Of a stretch of DNA of 64,000 bases, positions 34,455 through 45,348 are shown in pieces. The translations under genes and the position numbers were made by a program. Position 1 is the stretch's first letter; every line of letters starts with the position of its first letter. The notes under the pieces are model-generated. The model saw nothing but the letters and a program-made list of their open reading frames with translations, searched no databases and was not told the origin of the DNA. Source of the DNA: an uncultured Candidatus Rokubacteria bacterium (GTDB lineage: Bacteria > Methylomirabilota > Methylomirabilia > Rokubacteriales > CSP1-6); assembly GCA_963747235.1 (NCBI GenBank), contig CAVVEU010000024.1:32001-96000 (forward strand), in the 5' to 3' direction.

Positions 34455-34959
34455 TAGGCGGGCGCCGGCAAGCCGTGGAGCTCGTGAACCTTGGCCTGCC
34501 AGCGCAGCATACGCCGAGGCTGATAACGAAATGTGGCGCCTGTTTTGGAGAGCTCCGCTCCCGGGCATCCAATGCGGTCAGACGAGTCGGAGCGTCCTCG
34601 GCGTACATGTCTTCCCACAGTCGCTCGTACTCGCCCGCAAGGACGTTCCAGCGGAAGTGCAAGTCTGCGCTGGCTGTCGCCTGGACCTGGAACTGCATAA
34701 CGAGGCCGTACAGGCTCAGGGCGGCGGTAAGGAGGGCCAGCGTGGGCGCGACCCAGGCCAGCTCGTTCGGCAACCGGACCAAGATGGTAAGAGCGGCACC
34801 CGACGATGAAACGAGCGTAGCCCATGTGGCGCCGCGCTGACGAGCCTGGTATGAGCCGGCCAAGTCGGCGAAGTAGTACGCACGCATCTCCGCCGTGAGC
34901 CATCCCTCCCACGTTCGTTTCTGCTGATTCTCGTTCAGCCTGATGACTAGCTCGGCCAT
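34454..34959 (-). CDS. SLATT-like two-TM hypothetical protein; probable frameshift near 34558
   Basis: Helical N-terminus (AYYFADL), two TM segments and ADLHFRWNVLAGEYERLW; plausible C-terminus ELSKTG...MLRWQAKVHELH in the adjacent frame. Confidence 0.55.
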
Positions 34960-35201
34960 GCTTTCGTCCCCCTACTCGGAATATCATGCCATACCTCGCG
35001 AGCCCCTTCATCACATGATCGTCGCTGGTGTCTTCAACGGGTCTTTCCACAATCGCACTGGCCCCTCCTGCAAGGCCACCCACGGTATTGGATGTCTGGG
35101 ACGAGTCAATGGCAAAGTGTCCCTACTGCGTAGGTTCGGTTTCCGGGCTTGGGTCGCGAGAAACGGGCCCGTGTTCCGGAGTGACCGGAGCGGCGCGAGT
35201 G

Positions 35202-36351
35202 CTAAGGACGGAACGCGGGCATGACCTCCCGCGCGAAGCGGGTGAGCTGCTCGACCATGAGGTCGCGCGGCGTGCCGATCGCCCAGCCGATCATGACGTG
35301 GTCCAGCCCCGGGTAGCGCCGCTCCACGTCCTTCAGATAGGCCACGATGTCGCCGGACGGGCCGCAGAGCCACGAGCGGTTGCGCACGCCGTTTTCCAGG
35401 GTGGCCGCGGTCGGCGATTGCGGCTGCCGCGCGGCCACCGCGCGCACGTGCTCCTCGCTGTAGCGCAGCATGCCCAGCGGGGCCATGACCTTGGCGTGCT
35501 CCTCGAAGTACGGGCGCGCGCGCTCGATGGCCCGCTCCACCGTGTCGTCGATGCACATGCGGAAGCCGAGGATCAGCTCCTCGCCGAGCTGGAGCTCCCG
35601 GCCGTGGCGGCGCGCGGTCTCCTGGTAGTCGCGGACCCAGCGCTGGACCAGCTCCTCGGCGGTGGCGGAGATGACGCCCTTGATGCGGTGTCGGGCCATG
35701 AAGTCGAGGCCCCGCGCGCTGCCGCTCACGATGGGCTGCCAGACCTCGACGGGCTGGGTCCGGGGACGCGGCACCAGGGTGATCTCCTTCAGCGGATAGC
35801 CGCGATAGGGGACCTCGGGCGGGAGGGTGTAGTGCTTCCCCCGGTGCGAGAACGACTCCTCGCGAAACGCCTTGAGGATGATCTCCACCTGCTCCTCGAA
35901 GAGCTCGCGGTTGGCCTCGGCGTCCAGCATCGGGTTGCCGAGCGTCTCGACCTCGCGGGTGTGGTACCCGCGCCCGACGCCGAACACGACCCGGCCCCTG
36001 GTCAGGATGTCCGCGACCGCGTAAGTCCTCGGCGAGACGCAGGGGATGCCACGCGGGGACGACGTTGAAGGCGCAGCCGATCTTCACGCGCTGGGTGCGG
36101 TGGGCCAGGTCCACCGCCAGCATGGGGATGCTCGGGATGCACTCGTACCCCTCGTGCTGGAAGTGATGCTCGGCCAGCCACAGGGTCTCGTACCCGAGCG
36201 TGTCGGCGGCGCGGGCCAGGGCCGCCGCGGTGTCGAACGTCTCGGCGAGGCGCTCGTTGGCATAGCGCCGGTCGTCGGCGGGCACGCCCGCGAGGCCGCA
36301 TTGCTCCAGCTCGATGTGGCCGACGTAGAGGGTCGAGAAGCGCGTGATCAC
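35202..36351 (-). CDS. Luciferase-like (LLM class) flavin-dependent oxidoreductase; frameshift near 36020
   Basis: WLAEHHFQHEGY, WHPLRLAED, GVGRGYH and FAREVMP motifs. Confidence 0.88.
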
Positions 36352-36361
36352 CGCGGACGCC

Positions 36362-37180
36362 TCAGTAGTACACCGACCGCCCGGCGCCGCCCGTCGCCAC
36401 GATGAGCTCGCCCGAGATCGCCCAGGCCTTGTCGGAGGCGAGGAACGCGGTGACGTAGGCGATCTCCGTCGCGTCCACCATCCTGCAGATGGCGTTGCCG
36501 CGCGGCGAGTCCGGCGCGAAGTCGGCCTTCTCCACCGCGGCGGCGTCCACGCCCAGCTCCCGGGCGCGGGCGGCGAGGAGGCGCGGGGTGCGCTCCGTGC
36601 GCGTGATGCCGGGATGGACGCAGTTGACGGTGATGCCGAAGCGGCCGACCTGCACGGCCAGCGTCTTGCTGAGGTGCACGAGGGAGGTGTTGCGCGCTCC
36701 GCCGCTCAGGTTGCCCGCGTTCCGCGCGTTGGTCCCGCTGATGTTGATGATGCGCCCCCATCCCTGCTCCTTCATGAACGGGATGGCGGCGCGGGCGCAG
36801 CGGAGCGCGCCCACGTACTTCACGTTGAAGTCCTGGAGCAGGTCCTCGTCCACGATGGTCTCGATGGGGCCGGTGGCGGTGGCGGAGCCGCCCGGCGCGG
36901 AGCCGCTGTTCACCAGGATGTGCAGCCCGCCGAGCTGCGCCGCGGCCTGGACGACCATGGCGTCCACCTGCGCCCGGCTCGTCACGTCGGCGACCAGCGG
37001 GATGACGCGGCGCCCGGTCTCGGCGGCCAGCTCGCGCGCCGCCGCCTCGAGCGTGTCCTTCGTGCGCGCCACGATGGCGACGTCGGCCCCTTCGCGGGCC
37101 AGCTCTCGCGCGATCGCCTTGCCGATGCCGAGGCTGCCGCCGGTGACGATCGCGCGCTTGCCTTCGAGTCCGAGGTCCAT
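36362..37180 (-). CDS. Short-chain dehydrogenase/reductase (atypical, no YxxxK)
   Basis: TGGSLGIG, ILVNSG, GRIINIS and VNCVHPG motifs; catalytic region reads SGGARN. Confidence 0.85.
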   Translation of the reverse strand: MDLGLEGKRAIVTGGSLGIGKAIARELAREGADVAIVARTKDTLEAAARELAAETGRRVIPLVADVTSRAQVDAMVVQAAAQLGGLHILVNSGSAPGGSATATGPIETIVDEDLLQDFNVKYVGALRCARAAIPFMKEQGWGRIINISGTNARNAGNLSGGARNTSLVHLSKTLAVQVGRFGITVNCVHPGITRTERTPRLLAARARELGVDAAAVEKADFAPDSPRGNAICRMVDATEIAYVTAFLASDKAWAISGELIVATGGAGRSVYY

Positions 37181-37287
37181 CGGGTGTCCTCCTGGCGCCC
37201 AGCCGGGGTCGATGCAGCCCACAACGCTACCTAAAGACGCGCCGACGAACAAGCGGCTCTGATATGGTTGGGCCGGTGAGGAAACCG

Positions 37288-38553
37288 ATGACCCTCGACA
37301 CGAGCTGCGACACCCTCGTCGTGCTCGGCCCGCACACGCGCGACGGGCACACGCTGTTCGCCAAGAACAGCGACCGGCCGCCCGACGAGTGCCAGCCGCT
37401 CTTCCGCGCGCCTCGGCTCGCGCATGAGGCGACGAGCCGGCTGCGCTGCCAGTACGTCACGATTCCGCAGGTGGCGGAGACGCTCGCGGTGCTCGGGAGC
37501 CGGCCGTGGTGGCTCTGGGGCTTCGAGCACGGGGTCAACGAGCGCCGCGTGGTGATCGGCAACGAGGCGCTGCACACGCGCGAGGAGCTGGAGGCGACGG
37601 GCCTCCTCGGCATGGACCTCGTGCGGCTCGGCCTCGAGCGCGGCGGCACCGCGGCCGAGGCGAAGCGGGTCATCACGGGGCTGCTCGAGCGTCACGGCCA
37701 GGGCGGCAACGCGAGCCACCGGGAGGCCCGGCGGTACAACAACTCGTTCATCATCGCCGATCCCATCGAGGCGTGGGTGCTCGAGACCTCCGGGCGCCAC
37801 TGGGTGGCGCGCCGCGTCCGTGATCGCGCCGCGATCTCGAACTGCGCCACCATCGAGGACGACTGGGACGAGGCGTCGGCCGGCATCGAGGCCTATGCGC
37901 GCGCCCGCGGCTGGTGGTCGGAAGGCGCGGGCCGCCGCCTGAATTTCCGGCAGGCGTTCGAGAACCCGGCGCCGCGCTACCGGGCGGAGGCGCGCCTCGA
38001 CGCGAGCTGCCGCTTCCTGGCCGAGTCCGCGGCGCCCACGGTGGCGAGCATGATGCGCCACCTCCGTGATCATCACGAAGGCGGCACGATTCCCGTGCGC
38101 GGCCGGAAAGACGGCGATCCCCTCGGCTGGTCGGTGTGCATGCATCCCGAGCCCGGGGTCTCGGCGACGGCCGCGAGCCTGGTGGCCGAGCTGCCACGGG
38201 ATCAGGCCGTGCCCGTCGCGCTCTGGTGTAGCCAGGGCACGCCCTGCACGAGCGTGTTCCTGCCGGTCGGGATGGACGCGCCGCTGCCCGCCGCGCTGGC
38301 CGCCGGGGGCGGCGAGCCCGATCCGGTGTCGTCGTGGTGGTCGCAGAAGGCGCTGGGCGATGCGCTCATGGCGGATCCCGCCCGGCTGATTCCGCCGGTG
38401 CAGCGCGCGTGGTCCGCGTGGGAGCGGGAGCTCGAATCGGAGGCCGCCTCCGATCGCGCGGGCGCGGGACGACGGCTCGAGGCGCGCGTCGCGAGCATGC
38501 TCGAGCGCAGCCGCGCGCTTCGCGCGGACGTGGACGCCGGCCGCGGCTATTGA
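37288..38553 (+). CDS. C69 family dipeptidase / secernin-like Ntn hydrolase
   Basis: SCDT nucleophile, FAKNSDRP, WLWGFEHGVNE, IGNEA, GLLGMDLVRLGLER and VCMH motifs. Confidence 0.88.
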   Translation: MTLDTSCDTLVVLGPHTRDGHTLFAKNSDRPPDECQPLFRAPRLAHEATSRLRCQYVTIPQVAETLAVLGSRPWWLWGFEHGVNERRVVIGNEALHTREELEATGLLGMDLVRLGLERGGTAAEAKRVITGLLERHGQGGNASHREARRYNNSFIIADPIEAWVLETSGRHWVARRVRDRAAISNCATIEDDWDEASAGIEAYARARGWWSEGAGRRLNFRQAFENPAPRYRAEARLDASCRFLAESAAPTVASMMRHLRDHHEGGTIPVRGRKDGDPLGWSVCMHPEPGVSATAASLVAELPRDQAVPVALWCSQGTPCTSVFLPVGMDAPLPAALAAGGGEPDPVSSWWSQKALGDALMADPARLIPPVQRAWSAWERELESEAASDRAGAGRRLEARVASMLERSRALRADVDAGRGY

Positions 38554-38632
38554 CCGGGTCGCGGGAATCGGGGTATCGTCCCGCCAGCATCGCTCGATGG
38601 CCGCCCCTCCTCTCACGCTCAAGGACAACGGC

Positions 38633-40189
38633 ATGAAGACCAGGCTCTCGACGCTCGTCTCGCTTCTCATCTCTGGCCTTCATCCTGTTGCCGGCCGTCG
38701 TGCCCGCCGGATGCGGCCGCGCAGGCCGCGCCCAAGCAGGGCGGGACGCTGCGCGTGGCGCTCACCGGCGAGCCGCCCACCATCGACGTGCACCAGACCG
38801 GCGCGACGCTCGTGCTCAACATCGCGTGGCACATGGTCGAGGGGCTCTTCACGCTCGACAAGAGCTTCTCGGTCATTCCCATGCTGGCCGAGGGATACCA
38901 GGTCAGCGGCGACCGGCTCACCTATACCGTGAAGCTCCGCAAGGGCGTGCCGTTCCACAACGGCCAGGAGATGACGGCCGACGACGTGGTGGCCTCGCTG
39001 CAGCGCTGGGGCCGGCTCGCCGCCACCGGCAAGGCGCTCTTCGCCAACGTCGAGTCGGTCACCGCCAAGGACAAGTACACCGTCGAGCTCCGGACCAAGG
39101 AGATCTCCGGCGTGGTGCTCGCCTCCCTGGCCAACCCGAACCAGATGGCCGCGATCTACCCGAAGGCGCTGATCGACGCCGGCGGCGACAAGCCGATCCG
39201 CGACGTGGTGGGGACCGGCCCGTTCCAGCTCAAGGAATGGGCGCCCGATCGGCACATCCGCATGACGCGCTTCGAGAAGTACGCGGCGCTGCCGGGCGCG
39301 CCCAACGGCTACGGCGGGCGCAAGGTGGCGTACCTGGACGAGGTGGTGTTCGTGCCGTCGTCGGAGCCCGCCTCGCGCGTGCTCGGCGTGGAGGCCGGCG
39401 ACTTCGACCTCGCGGACTGGATCCCGTCGGACTCCTACGAGCGCCTCGTCAAGGTCCCGAAGGTCAAGACGCTCGCGGTGAAGCCGAAGGAGTGGATCGT
39501 GGCGCCGTTCAACACGACGACCGGTCGCCTCTTCGCCAAGCGCGAGCTGCGGCAGGCCGCGCAGGCCGCCATCGACAGCGAGAAGGTGATGCAGGCCGCC
39601 ATCGGCCGGCCCGACTTCTATCGCCTGAGCCCGGGCCTGCTCTTCCCCGAGCAGGTGTGGTTCTCGACCGCGGGCAAGGAGCTCTACAACCAGAAGAACC
39701 CGGCCAAGGCGCGCGAGCTGCTCAAGAAGAGCCGGCTACGCGGGCGAGGAGATCCGCTGGCTCACGACCAAGGAGTACGAGTGGATGTATCGCTCCTCCC
39801 TGGCCGCGACCCAGCAGCTCCAGGACGTCGGCTTCAAGATCAAGCTGGACGTCGTGGACTGGGGCACGCTGCTCAAGAACCGCAAGGAGTACGACGTCTT
39901 CGTGACCGGGCTGGTGGTCTACACCGACCCGACCCAGGTCCACGCGCTGAACTGCTCCTGGCTCGGCTGGTACTGCGAGGAGCGGCACATGGCGATGATG
40001 AAGGAGCTCGCGGGCACGACCGAGTTCAAGGCCCGCAAGGCGCTCTTCGACAAGATCCAGGCGCACTTCTACGAGGAGGCGCCCGCCCTGAAGTTCGGGG
40101 ACCTCTTCTCCCTGCGCATCCACCGCGACACGGTCCAGGGCTTCGCCAACATGCCGGAGCTCTTCGTCTGGAACGTGTCGAAGCTCTAG
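38633..40189 (+). CDS. Peptide/nickel ABC substrate-binding protein (family 5); frameshifted
   Basis: PMLAEG, LRKGVPFHNG, TADDVVAS and GTGPFQL motifs. Confidence 0.87.
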
Positions 40190-40208
40190 GGGCGCCGCCC
40201 CGGGGCTG

Positions 40209-41153
40209 ATGCTCCGCTACGCGCTGGGACGGCTCGCCGCGCTCGTCCCGGTGTGGCTCGTGGTGTCGCTGGTGGTGTTCCTGCTCATCCACCTCATCCC
40301 GGGCGATGCCGCCCGGGTGATGGTGGGCGGAGACGGGACGGAGGCGGACGTCCAGGCCATGCGCGAGCGGCTCGGCCTCAACCAGCCGCTCGCGGCGCAG
40401 TACCTGAGCTGGCTCGGGCGCGCGCTGCGGGGCGACCTCGGCCAGTCCATCTTCCTCGGCCGCTCCGTCACGCAGGCGATCGCCGAGCGGCTGGAGCCGA
40501 CCATCAGCCTCACCGCCTGGGCCACGCTCTTCGCGGTGCTGATCGGCCTGCCGGTCGGGATCCTCAGCGCGATGCGGGCGGGCCGCGCGAGCGACCAGCT
40601 CCTGATGAGCCTGGCCTTCCTGCTGCAATCGCTGCCCAGCTTCTGGACGGGCCTGACCCTCATCGTGGTCTTCAGCGTGACGTGGAACCTGCTGCCGTCC
40701 ACCGGCTATGCGTCCTTCTCGGCGAGCCCGTCCCGGCACCTGCAGCACCTGGCGCTGCCCGCCATCGCGCTCGGGATCGGGCAGGCCGCGCTCATCGCGC
40801 GCATGGCGCGCTCGTCGCTGCTCGAGGTGCTCGGGCAGGACTACGTGCGCACCGCCGAGGCCAAGGGCCTCGGGTGGCCCGCGGTGGTGACGAAGCACGC
40901 GCTCCGCAACGCGCTGATCCCGGTGGTCACGGTGGTGGGCCTGAGCTTCGCGGTGCTGCTGGCCGGCGCGATCGTGATCGAGACCGTGTTCAACCTGCCG
41001 GGGGTGGGCCGGCTCGTCATGCAGTCCATCCTCCGGCGCGACTATCCGGTGATCCAGGGCGTCCTGCTCTTCATCACCACCACGTACGTCCTCGTGAACC
41101 TCGCGGTCGATCTCGTGTACGGGGTGATCGACCCGCGCGTCCGCCACCGGTGA
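40209..41153 (+). CDS. Peptide ABC permease (DppB/OppB-like)
   Basis: LGLNQPL, GDLGQS, DYVRTAEAKGL, HALRNA and RDYPVIQG motifs. Confidence 0.92.
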   Translation: MLRYALGRLAALVPVWLVVSLVVFLLIHLIPGDAARVMVGGDGTEADVQAMRERLGLNQPLAAQYLSWLGRALRGDLGQSIFLGRSVTQAIAERLEPTISLTAWATLFAVLIGLPVGILSAMRAGRASDQLLMSLAFLLQSLPSFWTGLTLIVVFSVTWNLLPSTGYASFSASPSRHLQHLALPAIALGIGQAALIARMARSSLLEVLGQDYVRTAEAKGLGWPAVVTKHALRNALIPVVTVVGLSFAVLLAGAIVIETVFNLPGVGRLVMQSILRRDYPVIQGVLLFITTTYVLVNLAVDLVYGVIDPRVRHR

Positions 41154-41980
41154 GCCGCGTGCCCCGCCTCCTCGGCCGGCGCCTGACCCTCGTGCTGGGC
41201 GGGGTGCTCACCGGCGTCGTCGTGTTCATGGCGATCGGCGCGCCGTGGCTGACCGCCGAGGATCCGAACCGCGTGAACGCGGTCCAGCGCCTGCAGGCGC
41301 CGGGAGCCGGCCGCGGCCTGGGATCCGACGACCTCGGCCGGCCGCTCTGGAGCCGCGTCGTCTACGGCGCGCGCCTCTCGCTGACCATCGGCCTGTCCGT
41401 GATGGTGGGCGTGACGCTCGTGGGCAGCGGGCTCGGCCTCGCGGCCGGGTTCTTTCCGCGGGTCGATCGCGTGGTGATGCGGGTGATGGACGGGCTCATG
41501 GCGTTTCCCGACGTGCTGCTCGCCATCGGGCTCATGGCGGTGCTCGGGCCGCGGGTGAGCAACGTCATCGTGGCGCTCGTGGTGGTCTACACGCCGCGCA
41601 TGGCCCGCGTGGTGCGCTCGGTGGCGCTGGTCACCGGCGAGACCGTCTACGTGGATGCCGCGCGCGCCCTCGGCGCCTCCGACGCGCGCCTGCTGTGGCG
41701 CCACGTCCTGCCCAACTGCCTGAGCCCCGCGGTGGTGCAGGCGACCTTCACGTTCGCCCTCGCGGTCCTGACCGAGGCGGCGCTCGGCTTTCTCGGGGTG
41801 GGCGCGCCGCCGCAGCTCGCGAGCTGGGGGACGATCATCAGCGAGGGGCGCCTGCTCGTCCGCGAGGCGCCGTGGCTCACCATCGTCCCGGGCCTCGCCA
41901 TCGTGGTGACCGTGGTGGGCCTGAACCTCACCGGCGACGGGCTCCGCGACTACCTGGACCCGCGCCAGCCCGCGAGCTGA
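41150..41980 (+). CDS. Peptide ABC permease (DppC/OppC-like)
   Basis: LGSDDLGR, YGARLSL, YVDAARALGA, HVLPN and GDGLRDYLDP motifs. Confidence 0.92.
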   Translation: MSRVPRLLGRRLTLVLGGVLTGVVVFMAIGAPWLTAEDPNRVNAVQRLQAPGAGRGLGSDDLGRPLWSRVVYGARLSLTIGLSVMVGVTLVGSGLGLAAGFFPRVDRVVMRVMDGLMAFPDVLLAIGLMAVLGPRVSNVIVALVVVYTPRMARVVRSVALVTGETVYVDAARALGASDARLLWRHVLPNCLSPAVVQATFTFALAVLTEAALGFLGVGAPPQLASWGTIISEGRLLVREAPWLTIVPGLAIVVTVVGLNLTGDGLRDYLDPRQPAS

Positions 41981-41998
41981 GGGGCCCCGCGGCGCGCG

Positions 41999-43228
41999 CT
42001 ACGTCACGTGTTCGCGGGCGAAGCCGGCGATGCGCTTGTACTCGTCCGAGAGGCGCTCGAGCTCGGCGCGGGTGATGTAGCGGTCGAGATCGTCGAACGG
42101 GACGTCGCCCACCAGCTCTTCCACTCGGCGAATGAGATAGTCCGGTGGATGCTCGCGGTTGGTGCGCACGACGCGGGCCGTCGGCGCCGAGCGCGCGGCC
42201 TCGTAGGCGGCCAGCGCGGCCAGGGGATCGCCGCCCGCGGCCAGGCCGTCGGCGAGCGTGCGCGCGTCGAGGATGGCCTGCGCCGCGCCGTTGGAGCCGC
42301 GCGGGTACATCGGGTGCGCGGCGTCGCCCAGCAGGGTGACGCGGCCGAAGGTCCAGCGGTCCACCGGGTCCCGGTCCACCATCGGGTACTCGAAGATGGC
42401 GTCCGAGCGGCGGAGCAGGTCGGGGACATCGAGCCAGTCGAAGGTCCATCCCGCGAAGATGGGCAGGAAGTCCTCGAGCCGGCCCGGCTTGTTCCAGTCG
42501 TTGCGCTCGTAGCCCGGCTGCGCGACCTGGGCGGTCCAGTTGATGAGCTGCCGCCCCTCGCCGTCCACGTCGTCCACGATCGGATAGATCACGAGATTGC
42601 CGGACTGGATCGAGCCGATGCGCACGTAGCTGCGGCCGGTCAGGAAGGGCTTCGCGCGCGTGACCCCGCGCCAGGTATTGATGCCGCCGAAGCAGAGCTC
42701 CTCGCCCGGGTAGAACTGCCGGCGCACCGCCGAGTTCACCCCGTCGCAGGCGATGGCGATGTCGGCGGTGACGGACGGGCGCGTCGCGCCGGTCGTGGTC
42801 GAGCGGAAGTGCAGCGTGACCTGCCGGTCGGTCTGGTCGAGCCCGACGCACTGGTGATCGGTGAGGATGTGCGCGGCGCCGAGCCGCTCCATCGCGGCGC
42901 GCCAGAGCGTCAGGTGCACCCGGCCGCGGTGGATGCCGACCTCGGGCACCGGGTAGCCCGCGGCCCGGCCGCGCGGCTCCGAATAGATGAGCTGGCCGAA
43001 GCGATTGAAGAAGCAGCTATCGCGGTTCTCGATGCCCTGGGCCGCCAGCGCCTCCCCGAGGCCGAGCGCGGTCAGCTCGCGCATGCCGTGGGGCAGCAGC
43101 GTGATGCCGACGCCCAGCTCGCGCACCTCCGGCGCGCTCTCGTACACGCGGCAGGGGATGCCGCGCTGGTGCAGGGCGAGCGCGAGGGTGAGCCCGCCGA
43201 TGCCGCCGCCGACGATCGCGATGTCCAT
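41999..43228 (-). CDS. Group A FAD-dependent aromatic monooxygenase (PhzS/salicylate hydroxylase-like)
   Basis: GGGIGG, LGVGI, IHRG, ACDGVNS, EYPMVDRDP and LLGDAAHPMYPRGSNGA motifs. Confidence 0.87.
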   Translation of the reverse strand: MDIAIVGGGIGGLTLALALHQRGIPCRVYESAPEVRELGVGITLLPHGMRELTALGLGEALAAQGIENRDSCFFNRFGQLIYSEPRGRAAGYPVPEVGIHRGRVHLTLWRAAMERLGAAHILTDHQCVGLDQTDRQVTLHFRSTTTGATRPSVTADIAIACDGVNSAVRRQFYPGEELCFGGINTWRGVTRAKPFLTGRSYVRIGSIQSGNLVIYPIVDDVDGEGRQLINWTAQVAQPGYERNDWNKPGRLEDFLPIFAGWTFDWLDVPDLLRRSDAIFEYPMVDRDPVDRWTFGRVTLLGDAAHPMYPRGSNGAAQAILDARTLADGLAAGGDPLAALAAYEAARSAPTARVVRTNREHPPDYLIRRVEELVGDVPFDDLDRYITRAELERLSDEYKRIAGFAREHVT

Positions 43229-43250
43229 GTGTGCGGGGCAGCCCGGGGGG

Positions 43251-44129
43251 TCAGGATCGGCGCGTCACGCGCCGGAGCTCGGCCCGCATCGCGTCGAGCG
43301 CCATCGAGTGGTGGCCCTGGCGCCAGACGAAGAAGGTCCGGGCCTTCGACACCGCCGGGGGCAACGCGTAGGTCGCGACGCCGGATGCGGCCAGGCTGAC
43401 GCGAATGACCGAGCGCGGAACGATCGCGATCCCGGCGCCCGCCGCGACACAGGCCACGATCGCGTGGTACGAGCCGAACTCCATGACGCGCTCCGGCACC
43501 ACCTTCGCGTCCCCGAGCCACGCCTCCAGCCGCCGGCGGTACGAGCAGCCCGTCGCGAAGACGATCAGCGTCGTGTGGCCGATGTCCCGGGGCGTCCTCA
43601 CCTTGCGGAAGCTCCTGGGGGTGATCAGGACCAGCTCTTCGCAGAAGACCGGGTCGCCCTCGAGGGCGTCCGCGGTGAAGGGCTCCGCGACGAACGCCGC
43701 CTCGATCTCGTGGTTCATGACCTTGGCGATCAAGGCGCCGGTCGTACCGGTCACCAGCTCGAGCCCCACCGCCGGATAGCGCCGGTGAAAGCGGGAGAGG
43801 ATCGGCGGGAGCCGGGTCGCCGCGGTGCTCTCGAGGGCCCCGATCTGGAACGCGCCCGCCGGCGAGCCGTTGCGACACGCGGCCTCGGCCTCGGACGAGA
43901 GATGCAGGAGCCGGTCGGCGTACCCGAGCAGGCGCTTGCCCTCCGCGGAGAGCACGAGCCGCCGGTTCCCGCGGAGGAAGAGCTTGGTGCCCAGCCGCTC
44001 CTCGAGCTGCTTCACCCGCGTCGTCACGTTCGACGGCACGCGGTGGAGCCGGGTCGCCGCCTTCGCGATGCCGCCCTGCTCGGCGACCGTCTTGAAGATC
44101 TCGAGCGCGGTCAGGTCGATGTTTCCCAT
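43251..44129 (-). CDS. LysR family regulator (PtrR/YneJ-like)
   Basis: AATRLHRVPSNVTTRVKQLEE, GALESTAATRLP, GCSYRRRL and SYHAIVACVAAG motifs. Confidence 0.9.
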   Translation of the reverse strand: MGNIDLTALEIFKTVAEQGGIAKAATRLHRVPSNVTTRVKQLEERLGTKLFLRGNRRLVLSAEGKRLLGYADRLLHLSSEAEAACRNGSPAGAFQIGALESTAATRLPPILSRFHRRYPAVGLELVTGTTGALIAKVMNHEIEAAFVAEPFTADALEGDPVFCEELVLITPRSFRKVRTPRDIGHTTLIVFATGCSYRRRLEAWLGDAKVVPERVMEFGSYHAIVACVAAGAGIAIVPRSVIRVSLAASGVATYALPPAVSKARTFFVWRQGHHSMALDAMRAELRRVTRRS

Positions 44130-44168
44130 ATCGAGAACACTCCTATCACAATAATTCACTTTTCTGAA
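44123..44168. promoter_or_regulatory. Putative LysR operator region in the divergent promoter
   Basis: AT-rich patch with dyad TTCCCATATCGAGAA (44123-44137) and TTCACTTTTCTGAA (44155-44168) between the LysR gene and nitronate monooxygenase. Confidence 0.5.
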
Positions 44169-44208
44169 GGGCCCGGTAGGGACGAGACTGCGGGCATGGA
44201 GGTGTCTC

Positions 44209-45287
44209 ATGGCGCGCGCGACGATCCTGACCGGTAGGCTGGGCCTGCGACACCCGGTGATCCAGGCGCCGCTGGCCGGCGGCGGGGATACCCCGGCGCT
44301 GGTCGCGGCGGTGTGCGAGGCGGGCGCCCTGGGCTTCATCGGCGCGTCCTATCTGACGCCCCGCCAGATCGCCGAGGCGTCGCAGGCGGTGCGCGCCCAG
44401 ACGGGCCGCCCCTTCGGCGATCAACCTCTTTGCGCCGCTTCCCGCTCCGGAAGCGCCGCGCGAGCCCGGGCGGGCCCTCGAGCGTCTGGAGGCATTCTAC
44501 GCCGAGCTCGCGTTGCCGCGTCCGGAGCTCCCGACGCTCGCGGCCGATTCGTTCGCCGAGCAGCTCGCCGCGGCGCTCGAGTCCGGCGCGTCGGTCTTCA
44601 GCTTCACGTTCGGGGTGCTGCCGGCGGCGGCGCTGGAGGCGATCAAGGCGCGGGGCATGTTCGTGATGGGGACCGCGACGACCGTGGAGGAGGCGGTCGC
44701 GCTGGAGACAGGCGGGCGTGGATGCCATCGTCACGCAAGGCAGCGAGGCGGGCGGGCATCGGGGCACCTTCGCGGGCGCCTTCGAGGCGGGGCTGGTCGG
44801 CACGATGGCGCTCGTGCCGCAGGTCGTGGACGCGGTGCGCCTGCCCGTGATCGCGTCCGGCGGGATCATGGACGGCCGCGGGATCGCGGCGGCCCTCGCC
44901 CTCGGCGCCGGCGCGGTGCAGATGGGCACGGCCTTTCTGACCTGCCACGAGGCCGGGATCCCGGATGCGTACAAGGAGGCGATCCTCGGGGCGCACGAGG
45001 ACGGGACGCGTCTGACGCGGGCCTTCTCGGGCCGCCCGGCCCGCGGGATCGTGAACCGCTTCATGACCGAGATCGACCGCACGCCCGAGGCCATCCTGCC
45101 CTTCCCGCTCCAGAACACGCTCACGCGGCCGCTGCGGAGCGCGGCGGCCAGGCAAGGCCGCGCGGAGTTCCTGTCGCTCTGGGCCGGCCAGGCCGTCCGG
45201 CTGGCCCGCCGGCAATCCGCCGCGGACCTCATCGCGCGGCTGGAGAAGGAGACCGACGAGGCCATCGGCCGACTGACGCGCGATTGA
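44209..45287 (+). CDS. Nitronate monooxygenase (2-nitropropane dioxygenase) family; frameshifted
   Basis: [41 protein letters not shown] and SLWAGQ motifs. Confidence 0.9.
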
Positions 45288-45348
45288 GGCGGGCGCGCAG
45301 TGTCGATTCCGGGCCGCCCCGTTCGACCATCCGGTGAAGGAGGAGAAC

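Noticed and set aside
41999-43228. Phenazine biosynthesis (phzS)
   Set aside because: Family resemblance only; no phz core genes in the window
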